This document shows, in pieces, positions 26,180-32,000 of a DNA stretch of 32,000 nucleotides. The stretch is from NCBI GenBank assembly GCA_041649575.1, contig JBAZMW010000005.1, positions 30,001 to 62,000 of the forward strand, written 5' to 3'. Position 1 is the stretch's first letter, and every line of letters starts with the position of its first letter. Below the pieces are notes generated by a model that searched no databases, had not been told where the DNA came from, and worked only from the letters and a program-made list of their open reading frames with translations. This stretch comes from Patescibacteria group bacterium. GTDB taxonomy: Bacteria; Patescibacteriota; Patescibacteriia; 2-01-FULL-39-33. A program made the translations under genes and the position numbers.

Positions 26180-28627
26180 TCATTTCTTTTCTCGCCCTAC
26201 CACGCAGAGTGGCAGAGCGGCCAGCATGGCCACCATGGCGCCGAAGCCGCAAGCGATTAGCATGGCAATCATCACCCATCCCAGCCGTGCGACCGGAATG
26301 AAATTTGATGCCGTAAGAGGCAAGAAACAAAAGCAGTTCAGCGTAATGTCAACCAAAACCGCTCGTCCCTTGTCTCTCATACTGCCTCGCAGCGCTTCAA
26401 GTCGGCCTGTGGTCTGGATGATCGGTTGATACGCAGCTACCAAGTACAAGCCGAAGTCCATGGCCGCGTTTATCGCCATGGCGGTAACGCAGGCAGTGGC
26501 TTGGTCTAGCGGTATTCTTAGTACCATCATTAATACAGCGATGACCGCAGTAGCGAAGATAAACGGCACGTTCATGACCAGTCCGGTGCGCCAGCTGCTA
26601 AGGCACGTCGTACCTCCTCTTATTCCGCGGTTGCGCCAGAAGATCCAGAGCCCGCAGATAATAGCGACAATCCATTGCGAAGTCAGCAGGTTTAGCGGCT
26701 TGCCTTCACGGATGTATTTGTCGTTACGAGGATAGATCGGTACTTTGCCAAACGGCAAGATTTGCAGTCCGGGAAATTGCTCTCCCAGTTCTCTTATCTC
26801 GTCGCAGAGCTGGCCCAGGACATTGGAGTCTTCCATGGCTGTAGAGGCAAAGATCACGACCCCTTGGTCGAACCACAGTTGTTGCTGCACTGGTGGTCCT
26901 ACGTCCCAGGAGATGATCTCCCAGATGTCGTGAGCTTGCTGAGTGGTTGTTGGCCACTTTACGCCATATGACTCTCGCGATACCACGCCGACCGTGTCTA
27001 GAGCGGATTTGACTTCTCGGACATTGGCCAGCCTGGCGATCGCGTTTTGGAACTCGACCGCTTTTTGGATGAAGGCGGGGTCGTCCACCGTTGTCGCTCT
27101 TGAGGGCATAACCAGGACTGACACGCGGTCGAAACCGTACCTGTCGTTCTCGTTGAGGAATTTGCTGGCGCGATATACTATCGTGCCAGGGATATATTCC
27201 AAGGGTCTGGTCCGGACTTCTATGAAGTCAAAGTCCTTGCTAACCCCAGGGATATAATCCAAACTGATCATGCCGATCGTGGCAACAACCAGCGCCCCAA
27301 CCAGAGACAGTGACAGCCAGCCAATCTTTCGGTAGGCAAAGCGCCCTTTCTTGTTTCGGCCGATGACAGCGGTGATCAGACGGACGATGCCACAGAGGAA
27401 TCTGTCCCAGATCGCCGCCGCCCAGGCTATACGACTCAGACTGTTTTTCACAGATACCGCTTCGCCACCCACCAACGAGTGGAGGGCTGGCAAAAACAGT
27501 AGTGATAACAGGATGAGATACGCGATGCCGAGACTGGCGAAAATCCCTACCTCCATAATTCCTCTGACGCCGATCTGGTAGAGGGTCAGGAAGTTGAGGA
27601 TGGCAATCAGCGCTGTCACGCCTATCACGCCATTGATGGATCGGGATCGGCGCCAGACAGCAGCCATCGTGGCCTGGTTGTCGGCTAGTCGGTTTTCGTT
27701 GTAGGCACAGAACTTGTGCACTGCGAACGAAATGCCGGCTACGATGATGGCGGTGTCAACCAGCAGGAAATACACCCGTTCGTAAACAGGCAGTCCTGCT
27801 ATTTGTGCCAGCCCGATTGATCCCCGCGCCCAGATAAAGCAGATCAAAACCACGAGAGTGGCAATCACTGCCTGTCTTAGCGATCTTAGAGACACCCAGG
27901 CGATGAGGCAGACAAGACCCAGTCCGATCGTAGACAGCCTCATGACGTCGGCTGTAAGCGAAGAGAAGATCAGGCCTCGGCCAATCACCCAGCCAGCCGG
28001 CATGACTCTTTCGAATCTGCCTGTCGGCTTAATGTCTGACTTGAAAAACCACTCCCATTCGGGGATCTCCCTCTGCTCCAGCATATTCGCCACGTTTCGA
28101 AACGTCTTCATCTCCTCGTAGCCGACCGGTAGCAGCAGGATTATTTGGGAGTAATCAAATTCTTTCCCAATCAGCAGGCCGTATACCCCGGAATCCCGGC
28201 GAACATCAGCTTTCCATCTTTCGATGTCAAACCGAGGATCGTCCAGGAGTTTCTGGGATATGTAGGGGTCACTGGAGAGAGCGTCACCAGTGTCTTGGTA
28301 GTGGGCCGCTTTGGACAAACTCAGAATTCCAAAACCCGGAAAGCTTTTTTCCAGCGTTTCCGTGAACCAAGAGACGTACTCCATGTCTTCTTTGGTGATG
28401 GCTTTTGGAAACTGAACTACGAAAGAAATGGCATCTCCGGTTTTCAGGCCTTGAGAAGCCAGTCCTTTCACTCGTTCATCTAGGAGGCGGTAGGGGTCTT
28501 GCTTGTTAAGCAGGGCGTCGTCGAGATCTCCCGCTTTTTTGACGTAGAGATTGCCATACAACATCGGTACGGTCAATACCAATACGGCGATCACTACAAC
28601 CAGAGCAAAACGCTTGTCGTGCTTCAT
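26180..28627 (-). CDS. MMPL/RND-superfamily transporter
   Basis: 815 aa with N-terminal TM, large extracytoplasmic loops, and duplicated TM blocks (IIVAGISFAVHKFCAYNENR.. / AINAAMDFGLYLVAAYQP..). Confidence 0.87.
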   Translation of the reverse strand: MKHDKRFALVVVIAVLVLTVPMLYGNLYVKKAGDLDDALLNKQDPYRLLDERVKGLASQGLKTGDAISFVVQFPKAITKEDMEYVSWFTETLEKSFPGFGILSLSKAAHYQDTGDALSSDPYISQKLLDDPRFDIERWKADVRRDSGVYGLLIGKEFDYSQIILLLPVGYEEMKTFRNVANMLEQREIPEWEWFFKSDIKPTGRFERVMPAGWVIGRGLIFSSLTADVMRLSTIGLGLVCLIAWVSLRSLRQAVIATLVVLICFIWARGSIGLAQIAGLPVYERVYFLLVDTAIIVAGISFAVHKFCAYNENRLADNQATMAAVWRRSRSINGVIGVTALIAILNFLTLYQIGVRGIMEVGIFASLGIAYLILLSLLFLPALHSLVGGEAVSVKNSLSRIAWAAAIWDRFLCGIVRLITAVIGRNKKGRFAYRKIGWLSLSLVGALVVATIGMISLDYIPGVSKDFDFIEVRTRPLEYIPGTIVYRASKFLNENDRYGFDRVSVLVMPSRATTVDDPAFIQKAVEFQNAIARLANVREVKSALDTVGVVSRESYGVKWPTTTQQAHDIWEIISWDVGPPVQQQLWFDQGVVIFASTAMEDSNVLGQLCDEIRELGEQFPGLQILPFGKVPIYPRNDKYIREGKPLNLLTSQWIVAIICGLWIFWRNRGIRGGTTCLSSWRTGLVMNVPFIFATAVIAVLMMVLRIPLDQATACVTAMAINAAMDFGLYLVAAYQPIIQTTGRLEALRGSMRDKGRAVLVDITLNCFCFLPLTASNFIPVARLGWVMIAMLIACGFGAMVAMLAALPLCVVGREKK

Positions 28628-28821
28628 GTTCTATATCCTCCCGAAGCCATTTCAGGCCCCGTAGTTTAGGTCTTAATTGTCAACGTTCTTGGCTTTAAGT
28701 TGCTTTTTAAGCAACTATTAATATTAACATATTTATTTTTTTATGTCAAGTATTATTAAAGTAATATTATCTTTAAAATGCTGTTATAAATATTTTATTT
28801 TGTTAATATTTTATTTTTGAG

Positions 28822-28881
28822 TTATCCACAGCTATTGATTTTATTGCTATTGACAAACTTATATTTTTTTGCTAGTATAAT
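28822..28881 (+). promoter_or_regulatory. Promoter of candidate ncRNA B with upstream TTATCCACA (DnaA-box-like)
   Basis: TTATCCACA 28822-28830; TTGACA 28850-28855; TAGTATAAT 28873-28881 (17 nt to TAGTAT, 20 nt to TATAAT). Confidence 0.65.
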
Positions 28882-28886
28882 CATAC

Positions 28887-29061
28887 TAAGTAGTGTACCT
28901 TGGCTTCATCTTTGGGCAGCTCTCTATAGTAGGGGTAGAGGGCAAGTAGTTGTGAGGCCGATTGCTGCGGCGATCGCGACCAAAATCGACAGGGCGGACC
29001 TAGTTCGCCCATCCCCTCATTCTGAAGTGGCTGGCACAGGTATGTGTTCAGCCCCTTTTTT
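28887..29061 (+). ncRNA. Candidate structured non-coding RNA B (~175 nt), family unknown
   Basis: GC-rich stretch without an ORF; hairpin GGGCGGAC-cta-GTTCGCCC; terminator GGCTG-gcacaggtatgtgtt-CAGCCCCTTTTTTG; bounded upstream by a promoter and followed by a separate mRNA promoter. Confidence 0.5.
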
Positions 29062-29078
29062 GTTTAAGTGGTTAGATG

Positions 29079-29107
29079 TTGACAAAATTTTATACTTGTG
29101 ATACAAT
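29079..29107 (+). promoter_or_regulatory. Near-consensus sigma70 promoter for the methyltransferase gene
   Basis: TTGACA, 17-nt spacer, TACAAT. Confidence 0.8.
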
Positions 29108-29176
29108 AATATGAAACCCTCTTGGTTTCGTTTGGCACATTGAAAGCCGAATTATTCGGCAACAAGGAGACGGGAC

Positions 29177-30145
29177 ATGTCGCACAGAGGAAGTCTAGGA
29201 AGACTTTTGCGACGCCATCCCGCGTCGCCAAAAGTAGCAGCCGAGATGATTCGTCGTCGCACCAGGATTCACTTCGCGCAAGTCACTGACGATTTGATTC
29301 CGGATGCCTTCGAGATATACGAAGGGGATTGTTTCAAGACCGCGATCAAGAAGCATCCCAGGGTGAAAGGGTTCATAAAGGATTTCTGGCGGTGGAATGA
29401 ATACGCCTTGTCGCTTATGAACCAGAACTCATTCCCCTACATCAGCATGCAGCAGCTTCTGGCCAAGATGATCGCTCCCTTTACCGGGGAAGTTCTGGCC
29501 GACATCGGCTGTGGCGCTGGTGATTTCTGTGCTCGTTTGCTTCAGCAAGACGGACACTGGATCCGGAAGATCTTCGCTGTCGATATTGATGCTTGGGGCT
29601 CACTCGCCAGGGTGCCGCAGACTCTCAAGGATGCTGGGTACAGGGGGAAAGTGGCCTTGGCTCAAGACTCGACGATGTCCAGACTGCCAATCTGGGACGA
29701 AACCGTGGACTGTGTTGTTTCCAGTCTGGGCGGTGTCACCTATGCGGGTTGGTGGTTCGAAGACGGCGAGCTGGTTTGTGAAGGAAGGGAGGCACTGCGG
29801 AGAAGCCTGAAAGACATCCGTCGCATTCTGAAGCCGGGTGGGTATCTAGGATTTTCAGGTTTGATGCCGAATCCCGACTTCATGATGATCTTCAAGTATT
29901 CGCTGTGGGAGCCGCTACGTCACTGTCGCCTCAAGCCGTTGTGGATGACTCTTAAGCACGGCTTGCGGATCAAGAAGATCTCCGCTTTCATGCACGAGTG
30001 TGAGTGCAAGCAGACCGCGCACTACCTCACCCTGGAGGAGTGGGCTGCTTATCTAAAGGAAGCGGGATTCGAAGTTGTCGACGCTAGCGTCGGCGAGTCG
30101 TACGCTAAGCAGGGCATCGTAGTAGTCGCACGTAAGGTCAGTTGA
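29177..30145 (+). CDS. Class I SAM-dependent methyltransferase
   Basis: VLADIGCGAGDFCARLL motif I, IFAVDID, RILKPGGYLGFSG; SD aaggag upstream of the ATG. Confidence 0.85.
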   Translation: MSHRGSLGRLLRRHPASPKVAAEMIRRRTRIHFAQVTDDLIPDAFEIYEGDCFKTAIKKHPRVKGFIKDFWRWNEYALSLMNQNSFPYISMQQLLAKMIAPFTGEVLADIGCGAGDFCARLLQQDGHWIRKIFAVDIDAWGSLARVPQTLKDAGYRGKVALAQDSTMSRLPIWDETVDCVVSSLGGVTYAGWWFEDGELVCEGREALRRSLKDIRRILKPGGYLGFSGLMPNPDFMMIFKYSLWEPLRHCRLKPLWMTLKHGLRIKKISAFMHECECKQTAHYLTLEEWAAYLKEAGFEVVDASVGESYAKQGIVVVARKVS

Positions 30146-30240
30146 CTTCGATCCTCTCAAGATCGCGAGATTGAGAGGGGGTCGGAGTTTTATTTTTCCA
30201 TAAATAATGATAAAATATTTATATAAAGACGGGAAGAATT

Positions 30241-31884
30241 ATGGATATAAGAAACATAATTTTATTTATTGTATCGGTTTTGGATATAATCGTAGCGCTG
30301 GTTATATTTATTCATAACCCCAAAAAGGTTATGAATATAGCTTATTCTCTGACTGCTGTCTGGGCTGGCTTGTGGGGTTTTGGCATTGCAATGTTTAGGA
30401 TGTCCACTATTCACTTAGAACAATTGGTTTGGAACCAGTTTTTTATTTTTGTAGCGGCGTTGGTCGGCAGCGGTTTTTTACACTTCTCTTTGGTTTTCGG
30501 CGACAAGGCCGCAAAGTTGGATTTGAGAAGGTTTATATTGGTATACGCCCCTAATCTGATAGTTTTATGGGCAGTTTTGACTCCGGGAGTCATGATTAAG
30601 GATATCGTTGTCAGGAGCTGGGGCAACGAGAGTATTTTGGGTTGGGGCTATATTTATTACGGCTTGTATTTTGCCTTGTTGTGGCTGTGGGCGACTTTCA
30701 ACTTGTTTAAAAAATATGCTAAAGGCGAACCATCCCTAAGACAACAAATACTTTTTATCTATATTGGCATTGGCGTATCAATAGTTTTTGGCGCCACCTT
30801 TAACCTGATTTTTATTTTACTGGGCAATTATCAATACATTTGGCTGGGGCCATATGCCATGTTTTGCTTTGTTATCGCCACTTCTTATGCGGTGGCCAAA
30901 CATCAGCTATTGGATATAAAGGTGGTGACAACAGAAATTTTTGCTATCTTTTTGAGTCTGTTGACCTTTTCCGATCTGTTCAGGACTAGTGGTGGTTGGG
31001 AGTTTTCCGGAAAATTAGCTTTATTTTTATTAACTTTATTTTTTTCCATCCTTCTCATCCGCTCTGTCCTAAATGAAGTTCGCCGCCGCGAAGAAATGGA
31101 AAAACTCACCGAAGAATTAAAAAAGACCACCAAGAAGTTGGCTTCTGCCAACAAGGAACTGGAAAGGCTGGACGAAGCCAAGTCGGAATTTTTGTCCATC
31201 GCCAGCCACCAGCTGCGCACTCCCTCCACCATTATCAAAGGCTATATTTCCATGATGCTCGAGGGCAGTTTTGGCAAGGTGCCAAAAATAATCAAAGAGA
31301 ATTTAGATAAGGTCTATATTTCCAACGAGCGCTTGTTAAATTTGATAGAAACATTATTAAATATTTCCCGCATTGAATCTGGCCGACTAGAATTCAACAC
31401 CCAGCCGGTGGATTTGGTGAAGACCATCGAGCCGATTGTGGCCGACTTTCAGAAGAAGGCCAAGGAGAAGGGCTTGAAACTGGAATTTAGAGCCGAAAAA
31501 GATATCCCACAGGCCAAGGCCGACCCGCAGAAAGTCAAGGAAGTGATTTCCAACCTGATAGACAACTCTGTCAAATATACCAAGGAGGGTGAGGTGATTA
31601 TCGGTTTGCATCAGGAGGGCCAGTCGGTGGTTTTTACCTGCCAGGACACGGGTATTGGCATTGATCCAGAAGATGTGCCGCGGCTGTTTAATAAGTTTGT
31701 GCGCGGCAAGGGCATGATGCAGGTGTATACCGAAGGCACGGGCTTGGGACTATACTTCGCGCGGATGGTGATAGAAAATATGGGCGGCCGTATTTGGGCG
31801 GAATCGCCAGGCAAAGGCAAGGGCAGCAAATTTTCTTTTTCTCTGACGATGGCCGATAAAAATAAGGCTAAGAAAGTGAGCTAG
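30241..31884 (+). CDS. Membrane sensor histidine kinase with 7TM-like N-terminus
   Basis: Seven or more N-terminal hydrophobic segments; HisKA FLSIASHQLRTPSTIIKGYISMM; HATPase motifs LIDNSVKYT, CQDTGIGI and GTGLGLYFARMVIENMGG. Confidence 0.93.
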   Translation: MDIRNIILFIVSVLDIIVALVIFIHNPKKVMNIAYSLTAVWAGLWGFGIAMFRMSTIHLEQLVWNQFFIFVAALVGSGFLHFSLVFGDKAAKLDLRRFILVYAPNLIVLWAVLTPGVMIKDIVVRSWGNESILGWGYIYYGLYFALLWLWATFNLFKKYAKGEPSLRQQILFIYIGIGVSIVFGATFNLIFILLGNYQYIWLGPYAMFCFVIATSYAVAKHQLLDIKVVTTEIFAIFLSLLTFSDLFRTSGGWEFSGKLALFLLTLFFSILLIRSVLNEVRRREEMEKLTEELKKTTKKLASANKELERLDEAKSEFLSIASHQLRTPSTIIKGYISMMLEGSFGKVPKIIKENLDKVYISNERLLNLIETLLNISRIESGRLEFNTQPVDLVKTIEPIVADFQKKAKEKGLKLEFRAEKDIPQAKADPQKVKEVISNLIDNSVKYTKEGEVIIGLHQEGQSVVFTCQDTGIGIDPEDVPRLFNKFVRGKGMMQVYTEGTGLGLYFARMVIENMGGRIWAESPGKGKGSKFSFSLTMADKNKAKKVS

Positions 31885-31916
31885 CTTATGCCAGCAAAAC
31901 AATTTTTGCTAAAAGG

Positions 31917-31944
31917 TTGTCTTTTACCATAACTATGGTATAAT
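31917..31944 (+). promoter_or_regulatory. Promoter of the gene starting at 31973
   Basis: TTGTCT (31917-31922), 16-nt spacer, TATAAT (31939-31944). Confidence 0.55.
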
Positions 31945-31953
31945 TATACCATA
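31925..31953. promoter_or_regulatory. Putative operator: three alternating TACCATA/TATGGTA half-sites over the -10 region
   Basis: TACCATA-ac-TATGGTA-taatta-TACCATA; includes the perfect 20-bp palindrome TATGGTATAATTATACCATA (31934-31953). Confidence 0.65.
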
Positions 31954-31972
31954 ATCAAGGTGATAATAACTT

Positions 31973-32000
31973 ATGGTTTTCAAGGGTAAAGCAGAGAATA
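31973..32000 (+). CDS. Start of a truncated CDS (MVFKGKAEN..)
   Basis: ATG downstream of the promoter/operator; runs off the window. Confidence 0.35.

Noticed and set aside
25341-26330. The 329-aa start of the LolA-like gene at 26330
   Set aside because: It overlaps the MMPL gene by about 150 bp and passes through a strong hairpin. The in-frame ATG at 26115-26117 has an SD (cgggag) and begins a textbook signal peptide.
25501-28483. Numerous plus-strand ORFs (e.g. 27858..28121, 28145..28483, 26943..27257)
   Set aside because: Overlap strongly supported minus-strand genes in GC-rich DNA, where stop codons are rare in alternative frames. No consistent expression signals.
23663-28830. Two perfect TTATCCACA sequences as evidence of a replication origin
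   Set aside because: Only two boxes about 5 kb apart, no cluster, no AT-rich unwinding repeats adjacent, and no dnaA, dnaN or recF. They sit upstream of promoters, so they are reported as possible regulatory sites instead.
1140-28899. Shared 11-mer AGTAGTGTACC at 1140-1150 and 28889-28899 as a possible insertion footprint
   Set aside because: An 11-bp match between two places is expected many times by chance in 32 kb, and the surrounding sequences do not match.
29177-30145. Methyltransferase as part of a restriction-modification system
   Set aside because: No restriction endonuclease or specificity subunit nearby, and no DPPY/NPPY or PC-type DNA methyltransferase catalytic motif seen.
1-32000. 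CRISPR arrays, tRNA, rRNA, tmRNA or RNase P
   Set aside because: No regularly spaced direct repeats and no recognisable tRNA, rRNA, tmRNA or RNase P signature sequences were seen on either strand by eye. A tRNAscan/Infernal run would be needed to exclude them formally.

Overview
The window looks like a bacterial chromosome segment, most probably Patescibacteria/CPR-like (an inference from gene style, AT-rich intergenic DNA and gene set; I cannot place it taxonomically without a search). It contains a recognisable core backbone: RecB-family/TM0106-like nuclease (5'-truncated), tsaD, tsaE, a double-domain PilB/GspE-type ATPase, ftsH, a CDP-alcohol phosphatidyltransferase, an S1-domain protein, an RNHCP-domain protein and a 7TM-like histidine kinase. 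Two further kinds of content stand out. (1) A surface/proteolysis cluster at 4.0-10.5 kb: two paralogous large exported HExxH proteins flank a 512-aa protein combining a papain-like (C1) segment with a C-terminal GNAT domain. (2) Several self-contained, visibly GC-richer modules, most with their own sigma70-like promoter, Shine-Dalgarno and terminator. They encode diderm-style envelope proteins (two signal-peptide beta-barrel-like proteins ending in Phe, an MMPL/RND transporter, an outer-membrane lipoprotein-sorting-like protein), a methyltransferase and uncharacterised proteins, one of them AT-hook-like. I also find two candidate structured non-coding RNAs. They share a promoter architecture, AGTTATCCACAG (containing a perfect DnaA-box sequence TTATCCACA), then GCTATTGAC, then TAGTATAATNATAC, and both end in rho-independent terminators. 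No CRISPR array, transposase, integrase, tRNA or rRNA was recognised.
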